Part shown: one piece after another, positions 45,728-54,965 of the stretch
Position numbering within the stretch: the stretch's first letter is position 1
Layout of the letters: every line of letters starts with the position of its first letter
Origin: Dehalococcoidia bacterium
GTDB lineage: Bacteria > Chloroflexota > Dehalococcoidia > Lucifugimonadales > Australimonadaceae
Length of the DNA stretch: 64,000 nt
Assembly (NCBI GenBank): GCA_965249185.1
Contig: CBDFLS010000001.1
Span: 193,972-257,971, forward strand
Reading direction: 5' to 3'
Program-made: the position numbers and the translations under genes
Notes under the pieces: model-generated
The model's input: only the letters and a program-made list of their open reading frames with translations
The model's database searches: none
What the model was told of the DNA's origin: nothing

Positions 45728-48160
45728 CTAGGCAACCGCCCCCGCCGCCTCCAGTTGACGCTGGTCCTCCTCGGGGATTCCCAGTATCTCCCGCAGCACG
45801 TAGGAGGTGTGCTGGCCTATCGTGGGGCAGGGATAGCGTACTTGTCCGGGGGTCTTGGTCAAGCGGACGGTCATGCCTGGATGCTCGAGACGTCCGATCG
45901 TGGGATGGTCGATGGAGACGATGTAGTTGCGCTCGCGTAGCTGCGGGTCGCGATAAAGGTCCTCGCTTGAGGCCACGACGCCCGCAGGTATGCCCGCACG
46001 CTGGCACAGGAGCATGGCCTGGTGAGGGGAGCGCTGCGCGGTCCAAGCCTCAATCGCGGCGTCCAGCTCGTCGTGGTGTTGGGCCCGCTCGCCCGCCGAA
46101 CTCAGGGACGGCTCGCCGGCCAGCTCCGGCTTTCCGATGAGCTCGCACAGCCTCCGCCACTCATCATCGGTGGTGCACGCGATGGCGCACCAGCGGTCGT
46201 CGCCTTTGCACCGGTACACCCCCTGGGGGGCGCTGTTCCAGTCCCGGTTTCCCATGGGCTCCGGTCCCGTTTTGTTCAGGGAGTGCTCCAGATAGGCTGT
46301 CCCAATCATCGAGGCCGTGGCCCGGAATTGGGGGACTTCAACCTGCTGACCTTCGCCGGTGGCGTCCCGGTGACGGAGGGCCACCATGACGGCCAGGGCG
46401 ATATGCGCTCCAACGAGCAGGTCCGGATAGGCGGACTTGCTTCGCGATTGGCGCGATGAGCCTGGAAACCCCCAGAGATATCCGAGCCCGGTAAACGCCG
46501 TGAGCGACGGGCCGATCGCCGGATGATCGCGGAGGGGACCCGTGAGCCCGTAAGCCGGAGCGCGCACCATGATGGCATCCGGCTTAATCCGGCTCAGGTC
46601 TTCATAGGTCAGCTCGAACCGTTCCATGGCGCCGGGCTTGTTGTTCTCCACCACCACGTCGCTGGCTTTTGCCAGTTGCTTGAACAGGTGCTGCCCCTCC
46701 TTGGTGTGCAGGTCCAGGGTGACCGATAGCTTATTCCGGTTCATCTCCGCGAAGAGGCTCCCAAGCTCCCACCATGTGGCGGGCTCCTTCCGCCGGTCCA
46801 CCGTACGGCCATCGGAGAACTTGGCCGACTCCACCTTCACGACCTCGGCGCCATAGTCGCCAAGGTAGCGGGTCCCATAGGGCGCCGCCCACCCCCGGCT
46901 GAAGGCCGCGACTCGGACGCCGGCCAGCGGGAGCTCATCGCGGGGTGCATCCGGAGCGCCGCTTGAACGGGAGCGGGCCGGCGCTCGCTCTGCCGCCAGC
47001 CACTCGGCCCGCACCTCCTCGGTGTGCTGACCCAGAAGCGGCGCGGGACGGCGAATGCGCCAAGGAGTGCGGCTGTAGAGGACGGGCGCGCCGATGGTCT
47101 TGTACCTGCCCACCACGGGGTGTTCCGTCTCCACAAAAGCCCCGGCCCCAGCTACATGGGGGTCCTGGGCAAACTCCGCCGGGCTGTTCATGGCGCCAGC
47201 CGTGAGACGCCGTTGCGTCGCCTGCTCCAAGAACTCGTGTTGGTCCCAGCGGCCGACGAATGCACCGATCCGCTCATTGACGAGCGCTATCTCCGCGGTG
47301 CGTGTGGATGGGTCGCGGAACTTGGGCTGGAGAAGGACCGGGTCCTCCGTCCACTCGGCAAAATTAGTCCATTGGCGGTCCGACATTATCGTGAACACGA
47401 CCCAGCCATCCCGACACGCATAGATGTTGCAGGGGTAGAGCCCGCCCCGTGGACCGGGAAGGCTGCCCCAGCGCTTCCCCATGTCCAGGTGGGCGACGTA
47501 ATCGCGCAGATGCATTTGGCAGCCCGCCATCACCTCGTGAGCGGCCACGTCCACGTGCTGGCCCTCGCCCGTCCGGTCGCGGTGTCGCAGCGCCAGCAGC
47601 GTGCCGAAAGCGGCGTGCAGACCGGTGAGCTGGTACGTCTGATAGTGGGGCTGGGCCACCGGGGATTCGTCCGGCTCCCCCTCGGTGAACACGTATCCAC
47701 CCACGGCGTCGAGGACGAGGTCGTTCGCAACGAAATCGCGATAAGGACCCGTCTGGCCGAAGGGCGTGATGGATGTGAAGACGAGGTCAGGACGATGGGA
47801 AGCGAGGTCGCGGTAACCGAGGCCCAAGGAATCGAGGTAGCCCACCGGATGGCTCTCGATGATGGCGTCAGCGTGAAGGGCAAGCTGCTGGAGCGTTGAC
47901 TTGCCCTGAGGAGCGCCGAGGTCTAACGCAACGCTTCTTTTGTTCGTGTTGAAGTTGAGAAAGTAGATGCTCCTTTCGTGGTGGGGGATGTCGCCCGCGA
48001 AGGGCGCCATCTTGCGGCTGGGACTTCCCTCGGCGGGCTCAACGAGGACCACGTCGGCCCCGAGGTCCGCCAAGGCGCGGCCGCATGGCTGCCCCAGCGC
48101 GGAGGTCAGATCCAGGATTCGCAGACCGTCGAGGGCGCCCGGCGGGTTGTTACTCGGCAT
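45728..48160 (-). CDS. Fused two-domain family III (CaiB/BaiF) CoA-transferase
   Basis: Two LADLGA/LGDYGAEVVKVE...NKRS/NKLSVTLDL repeats, APLLGQHT at the end of domain 1, YPD Asp in domain 2. Confidence 0.93.
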   Translation of the reverse strand: MPSNNPPGALDGLRILDLTSALGQPCGRALADLGADVVLVEPAEGSPSRKMAPFAGDIPHHERSIYFLNFNTNKRSVALDLGAPQGKSTLQQLALHADAIIESHPVGYLDSLGLGYRDLASHRPDLVFTSITPFGQTGPYRDFVANDLVLDAVGGYVFTEGEPDESPVAQPHYQTYQLTGLHAAFGTLLALRHRDRTGEGQHVDVAAHEVMAGCQMHLRDYVAHLDMGKRWGSLPGPRGGLYPCNIYACRDGWVVFTIMSDRQWTNFAEWTEDPVLLQPKFRDPSTRTAEIALVNERIGAFVGRWDQHEFLEQATQRRLTAGAMNSPAEFAQDPHVAGAGAFVETEHPVVGRYKTIGAPVLYSRTPWRIRRPAPLLGQHTEEVRAEWLAAERAPARSRSSGAPDAPRDELPLAGVRVAAFSRGWAAPYGTRYLGDYGAEVVKVESAKFSDGRTVDRRKEPATWWELGSLFAEMNRNKLSVTLDLHTKEGQHLFKQLAKASDVVVENNKPGAMERFELTYEDLSRIKPDAIMVRAPAYGLTGPLRDHPAIGPSLTAFTGLGYLWGFPGSSRQSRSKSAYPDLLVGAHIALAVMVALRHRDATGEGQQVEVPQFRATASMIGTAYLEHSLNKTGPEPMGNRDWNSAPQGVYRCKGDDRWCAIACTTDDEWRRLCELIGKPELAGEPSLSSAGERAQHHDELDAAIEAWTAQRSPHQAMLLCQRAGIPAGVVASSEDLYRDPQLRERNYIVSIDHPTIGRLEHPGMTVRLTKTPGQVRYPCPTIGQHTSYVLREILGIPEEDQRQLEAAGAVA

Positions 48161-48178
48161 TTTGGCTCGCCTCCTACG

Positions 48179-48664
48179 CTATGTGAGCGCCCGACTGGTC
48201 TCCCGACACTTCGGGGCTCTCAGCGGGAGAGAGACGGTCGCGCTGCCCCGCACGGTGGTGATTGTCTGGCCGTCCCGGTCCGACTCGTACCACACGTCAA
48301 GCTCCACCCGTCCCTCGCCATCTTTCGTGTGCTTGTCGATGACCCAGCCGCGGCAGGTGACGATGGTGCCGACGTAGTTGTGCGTAAGCATCCGGAAGCC
48401 CAGCCGCCTCAGCCTTCCTTCGAGCCCCATCCAGTTGCGGAGGGTCATCTCAAATAGCAGTCGAATGAACATCCCGTTGGCGAAGGCGTCGGGCGCGCCT
48501 CCCGCCCGGGCATAGCCGCCATCGTGGTGCAGGGGAACGAAGTCCCGGTCGGCCGCCGCCTCCATCACCAGCCGCTGAAGGGTGATAGGCGTCACGGTCG
48601 GCGGGACCTCCTGTCCCACCTCCACGTCCTCGAAGTGAAGCTGTCGCGACCAGTCCTGTGTCAC
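48179..48664 (-). CDS. MaoC-like hot-dog (R)-hydratase subunit
   Basis: FEDVEVGQE, D-x4-H motif DFVPLHHD, A...G.PD.F.NGM. Confidence 0.85.
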   Translation of the reverse strand: MTQDWSRQLHFEDVEVGQEVPPTVTPITLQRLVMEAAADRDFVPLHHDGGYARAGGAPDAFANGMFIRLLFEMTLRNWMGLEGRLRRLGFRMLTHNYVGTIVTCRGWVIDKHTKDGEGRVELDVWYESDRDGQTITTVRGSATVSLPLRAPKCRETSRALT

Positions 48665-48676
48665 CCGCGCTCCCCG

Positions 48677-48738
48677 CTACGTAGACTCGTCTGGCCTCCT
48701 ACGTGGTCTCGTCTGGCCCGCTACGTGGACTCGTCTGG
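48677..48738. repeat. Three tandem 22-bp-period repeats covering the stop of the 48721 gene
   Basis: CTACGTAGACTCGTCTGGCCTC / CTACGTGGTCTCGTCTGGCCCG / CTACGTGGACTCGTCTGG. Confidence 0.9.
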
Positions 48739-49281
48739 AGTATAGGAGAAGGTGGTGAGGTCCTCGGTGGCCACCACCTCGCCCGTCTGCTTCCAGTAGA
48801 CCGTCCGAGCCGTGATGAACGCACCCTCTCCGATCCGGGTCCGCTTTGGAACTATCTTGGTAAGCACGCCCTGCCAACTAATCCGGTCGCCCGGATAAAC
48901 GGGCTCGCCATACTCCACATCTATGTCCGTCACGATGCCGCGGGTCCCTGGCATTGGCATCGTGGAAACGGAGAAAGTGGGCATCAGCGGCGGCTCTCCT
49001 GGATGGGGCTCCGGGTCGCCGGGCTTCCAGTAGGCTGGCAGAGCGAAGGTGCCCACCATGATGGCGGGCGCGACGATGTCGCGGTACCCATGGCGCTTCG
49101 CCACGGCGGCGTCATAGTGCAGGGGGCAATCGAAGCCGACCACCTCCAGCCTGCGCCGGATGTCCGAACGGGTCACCTCGTCGGCCCCCTCCCCCGCTGG
49201 GAGCTTACGGCCGAGCCACTCCTCCATCTCCTGCAAGGACTTGGCCTGTCTTCTATTTCGCGGCGCCGTGGGCTGAGTCAC
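48721..49281 (-). CDS. MaoC N-terminal-type (FAS1-like) dehydratase subunit
   Basis: PLHYD...AKRHGY.DIVAP, EYGEPVYPGD, QTGEVVA. Paired with adjacent MaoC gene. Confidence 0.8.
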   Translation of the reverse strand: MTQPTAPRNRRQAKSLQEMEEWLGRKLPAGEGADEVTRSDIRRRLEVVGFDCPLHYDAAVAKRHGYRDIVAPAIMVGTFALPAYWKPGDPEPHPGEPPLMPTFSVSTMPMPGTRGIVTDIDVEYGEPVYPGDRISWQGVLTKIVPKRTRIGEGAFITARTVYWKQTGEVVATEDLTTFSYTPDEST

Positions 49282-49337
49282 CGGTCACCTCTTGGCCTTA
49301 CGTTGTGCCGTCCAGCCGGTGGATGGACAAGAAGCCG

Positions 49338-50513
49338 CTAGCGGTTCCGGGGCAGGCCAAGCCCCCGCTGAGCGATGATGTCCCGCACGATGCCACCGCC
49401 GTTGCCAAACTTCGACATGGGATAGGCGCGATAGTAGGCCTCGGCGAAGCCGGCCAGGGGCGCGCCCGCGGCGCCCTTCCGCACAAGGCTCAGGGGACCG
49501 ATGATGTTCATCGCCTCGTTGGCCAGCCGCTCCCGGTATTCCACCACCCACAGCTTGTTCATGGCCGCCTCCACGTTGAGCGGCTTGCCCTGGTCCACCG
49601 CCCACAGGGTGCGCAGTCCCAGGAGCCTGCCGATCTCCATGTCCACCGCCAGCCGGCCCAGGATCTGCCGGACCTGCGGGTCCTGGCTCAGGAGCCTGCC
49701 GTCCACCACGGTCTCGCGCGTGTACTTGACCAGCTCATCGTAGAACCACTGGAGGTGGCTGATCACCATGATCCGTTCCAGGTCCGCCATGGCCATGGCC
49801 ACATACCATCCGCGGTTCTCCTCGTCCACCAGGTTGGTGACAGGGGTGCGGACATCGCTGAGGAACACCTCGTTGGTCCGTTCGTCAGCCTGGGTGTAGA
49901 GGGGACGCACCTCAATGCCGGGAGTCCCCATCGGCAGGATGATCATGGAGATGCCCTTGTGCCGGGGCTCATTGGGGTCCGTGCGGGCCATGAGCCAGAG
50001 GTGGGTGGCGTGGTGACCGCCGGTAGTGAATATCTTCTGGCCGTTGATGCGGTATTCGTCTCCCTCCCGCACGGCCCGGGTCTGAAGCCCCGCCAGGTCG
50101 GTCCCGCCCCGGGGCTCCGTCCAGCCCTGAGCGAAGCGCACATCCCCCGTCAGCATCCCGGGGATATACGCTCGCTTTTGCTCCTCGGTCCCCATTTTCG
50201 CCAGGACGTTGGCGTACATCCCCCCCGTGACGCTGGGGAGATCGTGATAGCTCATCTCCTCCCTGAGGAGCCAATCGTCGGCGGCCGTTCTTCCGCCACC
50301 GCCGTACTCCTTGGGCCAGCCCAGACCCGTGTAGCCCCGTTCCCGCTGTTTTTGAATGTACTCTCGGACCTTGGGATGATTCGCGGACAGCCCATTGCCG
50401 GAGCCGAAGGTGACGCTACGGGCGTCAAAGAGCTCCTGAGGCGTCTCGTTCTGAATGAACTCGCGCACCTCTTGTCGGAACCCTAACTGCTCTTCTGTCA
50501 GTCGGAAATCCAT
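49338..50513 (-). CDS. Acyl-CoA dehydrogenase
   Basis: WPKEYGG, TEP.GGTDLA.LQTRA, INGQKIFTT, NEVFL.DV, ENRGW, IIA..GLGLPR. Confidence 0.93.
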   Translation of the reverse strand: MDFRLTEEQLGFRQEVREFIQNETPQELFDARSVTFGSGNGLSANHPKVREYIQKQRERGYTGLGWPKEYGGGGRTAADDWLLREEMSYHDLPSVTGGMYANVLAKMGTEEQKRAYIPGMLTGDVRFAQGWTEPRGGTDLAGLQTRAVREGDEYRINGQKIFTTGGHHATHLWLMARTDPNEPRHKGISMIILPMGTPGIEVRPLYTQADERTNEVFLSDVRTPVTNLVDEENRGWYVAMAMADLERIMVISHLQWFYDELVKYTRETVVDGRLLSQDPQVRQILGRLAVDMEIGRLLGLRTLWAVDQGKPLNVEAAMNKLWVVEYRERLANEAMNIIGPLSLVRKGAAGAPLAGFAEAYYRAYPMSKFGNGGGIVRDIIAQRGLGLPRNR

Positions 50514-50560
50514 GGAACGCCCCTTAGCGAGACGATTTCAAACGGGGAAACTTCGGGAAT

Positions 50561-50581
50561 GTTTGACTGAGTGAGTCAGAC
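50561..50581. promoter_or_regulatory. Palindromic candidate operator (TetR-like)
   Basis: GTTTGACT-gagtg-AGTCAGAC between divergent ACAD and enoyl-CoA hydratase genes. Confidence 0.45.
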
Positions 50582-50792
50582 GAGAGGTCTGCCGCGTGCT
50601 CGCACGTGCCACATGCGGGGAAATGGACAACTCCCAGGGTGCGCACCATCGTGATCTGGAGTGCTACGGCGACTCCATACCCTTAAGATGGGGAAAGTCT
50701 GTGCGCTAGTAGCCTGTTTGTCAATGAATGGGCTTGATTGTGCTAGAATCGCGGCTTCGCTCGACAATTTGTGGGCGAGGAGGGACGAATCC

Positions 50793-51605
50793 GTGCAATC
50801 TTCGACGAATTGGGTTCACTACGAAAAGAGTGATGGCGTGGCCCAGATCACCCTCAACAGGCCGGAGGTGCTCAACGCCATCAGCCATGAGATGTCCCGC
50901 CAGTATGCGGAAGCGTTGATCGACTTTCGCGATGACCCAGCCATGTTCGTCGCGATAATCACCGGCGCGGGCGGGAGGGCGTTTTCGAGCGGGGCCGATC
51001 TAAAAGAGATCAGCGAGCGTCAGTCGAAGGGGCTTTCAGCTTTTGCCGGAGCGGGGGCCAAGGCGGCGAAGGGTGAACCGTCATGGGTGAGCATTTCCGA
51101 GCTCAACATTTGGAAACCGATCATCGCGGCCATCGACGGTTACTGCGTGGCGGGTGGCCTGGAGCTGGCGCTGGAGTGCGATATCCGCGTGGCGTCCGAG
51201 CAGTCGAGCTTCGGGCTCCCCGAGCCGCGCAGGAGTCTGCTGGCCGGATACGGGCTGCACAACCTATCGCGGATGATACCGCTGGGCGAGGCGCTCTATA
51301 TGCAGCTCACCGGGAGCCTGATCAGCGCACGGGAGGCGTCCCGGATCGGGCTTGTCCACGGCGTTCATCCGCACAGGGAGACGACCATGGCGGCGGCGTG
51401 GCAGATCGCCGAGGAGGTCAAGCTGTGCGGGCCGCTGGCGGTGCGGGCGATCAAGCGAATCGTGATGACGGCGCGGAACCTGCCGGTGGAGTACTCCACC
51501 AAGTTCACCGAGGATATATTGGCGAGCATCCGGGAGACCGAGGACTCGCTGGAGGGGCCACGGGCCTTCGCGGAGAAGCGTAAGCCCCAGTGGAAGGGAC
51601 GGTAA
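50793..51605 (+). CDS. Enoyl-CoA hydratase/isomerase (crotonase, CaiD-like)
   Basis: ITLNRPEVLNA, AFSSGADL, KPIIAAIDG.CVAGGLELAL.CD, FGLPE, AFAEKRKP.W. GTG with GAGGAG SD. Confidence 0.93.
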   Translation: MQSSTNWVHYEKSDGVAQITLNRPEVLNAISHEMSRQYAEALIDFRDDPAMFVAIITGAGGRAFSSGADLKEISERQSKGLSAFAGAGAKAAKGEPSWVSISELNIWKPIIAAIDGYCVAGGLELALECDIRVASEQSSFGLPEPRRSLLAGYGLHNLSRMIPLGEALYMQLTGSLISAREASRIGLVHGVHPHRETTMAAAWQIAEEVKLCGPLAVRAIKRIVMTARNLPVEYSTKFTEDILASIRETEDSLEGPRAFAEKRKPQWKGR

Positions 51606-51696
51606 CGATAGCGGGGGATAGCCCGCATAGGGCGGCTCCTCCGGCGGGGGCCCGGCGGGGTTAGGCGTCGACCGGTGAAAGGCGACGAGGTGTGCG

Positions 51697-53406
51697 ATGG
51701 GATACGACTTGGTCATACGCAATGGACGGGTCATCGACGGCTCAGGCATGCCCTCCTATGCCGGCGACGTGGCGGTGAAGGACGGGCGGATTGTGGAGAC
51801 GGGCGGGCTCGCCGGCACGGCCCTGCGCACGATCGATGCCGACGGTCGGGTAATCGCGCCCGGAATTGTCGATATTCACTGCCACTTCGACGCCCAGGCG
51901 CTTTGGGACCCGCTGTGCACCTTCTCTTGCTTCCACGGTGTCACCACTGTCGTGTTCGGCAATTGTTCCCTGGCGCTGGCCCCCGTCCGGCGGGACCCTC
52001 ACGAACAGCACATGCTTGCCCAGATGCTCTCCCGGGTCGAGGCGATCCCCATGGAGGTGCTTCAGGCTGGCGTCGACTGGTCTTGGAGCTCTATCCCCGA
52101 GTACTTGAACGTGCTGGACCGCCGTCTTGGAGTAAACGTTGGCTATCTTATCGGTCATTCCGCTGTAAGACGGTACGTGATGGGCGACGACTCCCAAGAG
52201 CGAGCGGCAAGCGACAGCGAGATCGAGGCGATGAAGGAGATCGTTCGAGAGTCGATGGCCGCGGGCTCCACGGGCATCTCTTTCGACCGCAATCTCGGCC
52301 ATCTGGACCTTCGAGGCAAGTCCATCCCCGGCAGCGTGGCCCCGACGGAGGAGCTCTACGCGCTGGCTGCGGTCCTCCGCGAGTTCGGCGCCGGTGTCAT
52401 CCAATGCGGCGCCGCGACCCGCTACGAGATGGACGAGGAGATGTGTACCCGCCTCTACCAGATCAGCGGGCGCCCCGTGGTCTACAACGGCATTTCACAC
52501 TTTTGGGTGGACCCGGACCGGTGGAAGGGGCATCTGGAGTTCGTGGAAGCCACGGTGAAGCGTGGGAATCTCGCCTACCCCCAATTGAACCCCAGGCCCA
52601 CATACCAGCGTTTCACCATGAAGAACTGCCAGCTCTTCGATCAGTTCCCTACCTGGCGGCCCATCATGGATGGCCCCGTGGAGGAAAAGATGCTGGCGCT
52701 TGGTTCTCCAAGTCTTCGGGGACAGCTCCACGCAGAGGCGGTGGAAGGACCGGCGCCCATGAATATCGGTTTCAACAAGCGCTGGGACCTGCTGTTTGTC
52801 ACCCGGACCACGCTGGAAAAGAACGCCGGGCTCGTGGGCAAGAGCATCGCTCAAATCGCCGAAGCGCGTGGCGCGGATGTCCTCGACGTGTTCCTGGACT
52901 TGGCGGTTGAAGAGCACCTGGAGACTCAGTTCGTGTCGAACACGGCCGGCGGCGACGAGCAGGTCATGACGCAACTGCTGACAAGTCCCTATCCCGTTCT
53001 CGGCGCCTCGGACAGCGGCGCGCACATCGCGTTCGACCCGGGCTACGGCTTCTCCACCTACTTCCTGCGCCACTGGGTGGGCGATAAGCAAATCATGTCA
53101 TTGGAGGAGGGAGTGCGGAAGCTCACCTTCGTGCCCGCCACCCTGTTCGGTCTCCACGATCGAGGCCTGCTCCGACCCGGGTTCGCGGCGGACATCGTCG
53201 TCTTCGACCCGGACCGGATCGACCTCCAAGACATGGAGGAGGTCCATGACCTTCCGGGCGGAGGCGCGCGTCTCAAGCAACTGTCCGAGGGGATCGAGTG
53301 GACCATCGTGAATGGGCAAGTGCTCATCGAAAGGGGCGAGCACACCGGGGCGTATCCCGGTCGTGTGCTCCGCAACGGCGCCACCGCCGGCGCAACGCTC
53401 GCCTGA
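51697..53406 (+). CDS. N-acyl-D-amino-acid deacylase-like amidohydrolase
   Basis: PGIVDIHCHFD, HGVTTVVFGNC, SDSGAH, DRGLL.PG..ADIVVFD. Confidence 0.9.
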   Translation: MGYDLVIRNGRVIDGSGMPSYAGDVAVKDGRIVETGGLAGTALRTIDADGRVIAPGIVDIHCHFDAQALWDPLCTFSCFHGVTTVVFGNCSLALAPVRRDPHEQHMLAQMLSRVEAIPMEVLQAGVDWSWSSIPEYLNVLDRRLGVNVGYLIGHSAVRRYVMGDDSQERAASDSEIEAMKEIVRESMAAGSTGISFDRNLGHLDLRGKSIPGSVAPTEELYALAAVLREFGAGVIQCGAATRYEMDEEMCTRLYQISGRPVVYNGISHFWVDPDRWKGHLEFVEATVKRGNLAYPQLNPRPTYQRFTMKNCQLFDQFPTWRPIMDGPVEEKMLALGSPSLRGQLHAEAVEGPAPMNIGFNKRWDLLFVTRTTLEKNAGLVGKSIAQIAEARGADVLDVFLDLAVEEHLETQFVSNTAGGDEQVMTQLLTSPYPVLGASDSGAHIAFDPGYGFSTYFLRHWVGDKQIMSLEEGVRKLTFVPATLFGLHDRGLLRPGFAADIVVFDPDRIDLQDMEEVHDLPGGGARLKQLSEGIEWTIVNGQVLIERGEHTGAYPGRVLRNGATAGATLA

Positions 53407-53538
53407 AGTCCATGCACTGACGCGGCGCAAGGGTGGCGATGGCGTCGCCTCAGCGGTACAAAGATCCGGCGCGCCCGAGTTCTGGAGCGGTGCGCTGGAT
53501 GGGCTTCCGCGAGTGGAAGCGGCCCATCGCGAGGGCTG

Positions 53539-54573
53539 TCACAGGCTGTAGAGGGCCTTGGGGTTTTCGTACAGAATCTTCCGCTTCGTCTGCTCAGAGA
53601 GGTCTGTACGCTGCTCCAGCTCCTCCAGGTTTTGGGGGAACTTACTGTCCTGGTGGGGAAAGTCCGAGGCGTAGAGGAAATGATCGGCCCCGATGTAATC
53701 GACGGTCTGGGCGAATAGCCCCTCATCGGGTTCGCCGCTGATATACACCTGCGACTGTCGGAAAAGCTCGCTTGGCTTCATGGGCAACTGGGGAGAATCG
53801 TATTTCCCTCTGAGCTCCCAGTGCTCGTCCATGCGGTCCAAGTAGTACGGCAGCCAGGTGGCCCCCGCTTCCAGAAAGGCGAGCTTCAGCTTCGGAAAGC
53901 GCAACGGGACGGCGTTGAACATGATGCTGGTGAAGTGCAGCATCACCCCGGCGGCCATGACCCAGGTGTGCACCTCGTTGAAGGTTTTGAAGATGTCGGC
54001 GCCCACTTCGGCCTCGTCGAAACGGGTGGCGTGGATGCATATGGCCACGTTCATGCGCTCCGCTTCGGCGTAGATGGGGTCGAAAAACGTGTCGCCGAGC
54101 CCGAGGGGCAGTCCTTGGGGCGCGATCATGAAGCCGCCCAGCCCAAGCTCGCTGGCCGCCCGCCGGAGCTCGCGGGCCGCCGCCTCTGGGTCCCGCTGGG
54201 GAAGGATACCTATGGGCTTCAGCCGGTTTGAATGCACCGCGAATTCGTTGGCGAGGTGGTCGTTGTATGCGGAACACACCGCCTGGGCGAAGGCCGTCTC
54301 TCGGATGTTGACCACCTGGGGCGTGGGGAACAGGACCGCGGTCTCGATGTTCTCCCGCTCCATGACCCGCAGCCAGGTCTCCGCCTGCTCCGAGGGCGTG
54401 ACCGCGTGCTGGTAGGCCGGAGTGTTGAGCGCGCCGAACAGGCTGGAATCCCAGGGGCTGGTGGGCCACAGCGGAGACTGGTACCGGTCCCACGGGGGCT
54501 TCAGGTACTTCCGGACGTCGCTCTCGCGCTCTCGAATGTGGCCGTCGGCGTCGATTACAGGCGAACGTTTCAT
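53539..54573 (-). CDS. Amidohydrolase_2 family metal-dependent hydrolase/decarboxylase
   Basis: IDADGH, LFPT, FLEAG..WLP, YASDFPH.D. Confidence 0.88.
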   Translation of the reverse strand: MKRSPVIDADGHIRERESDVRKYLKPPWDRYQSPLWPTSPWDSSLFGALNTPAYQHAVTPSEQAETWLRVMERENIETAVLFPTPQVVNIRETAFAQAVCSAYNDHLANEFAVHSNRLKPIGILPQRDPEAAARELRRAASELGLGGFMIAPQGLPLGLGDTFFDPIYAEAERMNVAICIHATRFDEAEVGADIFKTFNEVHTWVMAAGVMLHFTSIMFNAVPLRFPKLKLAFLEAGATWLPYYLDRMDEHWELRGKYDSPQLPMKPSELFRQSQVYISGEPDEGLFAQTVDYIGADHFLYASDFPHQDSKFPQNLEELEQRTDLSEQTKRKILYENPKALYSL

Positions 54574-54804
54574 GGGAGCACTCCTGTCTAGCCCTGCGCG
54601 CATTATTGTCTCGCCTGGAGCCGCCGTCAACTTGCACCGCTGATTTCAACTCGCGCCCTGCTCGGTGGGACCGTACGGGGGCCGTACGGAGCACGGGCCT
54701 CGGTACCAGTCGAATAACACCGCTCTCTGAATACGGAGCGCCAATTTACGAAATCATGCATTCTGTGCGCCGGTTTATAAGAATACATCCCCTCTCACGC
54801 CGAT

Positions 54805-54833
54805 TGACAAGTTGATGCCACTGTGCTATCAAG
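54805..54833 (+). promoter_or_regulatory. sigma70-type promoter of ABC transporter operon
   Basis: TTGACA-N17-TATCAA with extended -10 TG. Confidence 0.55.
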
Positions 54834-54965
54834 TCCCACGAATGTTAATTGGTCAATCCACGCTCGGTTGAGACCCGGCACGCGGCCAGGTCGATGTGGC
54901 TGGGCGGTCGTGCCGTACGCTGGACTGGCGGAAGCTTGAAATGGAATTGCTGAGGGAGGTGAGGC

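Noticed and set aside
48677-48738. Triple repeat as a mini-CRISPR
   Set aside because: Tandem units without spacers, derived from the gene end.
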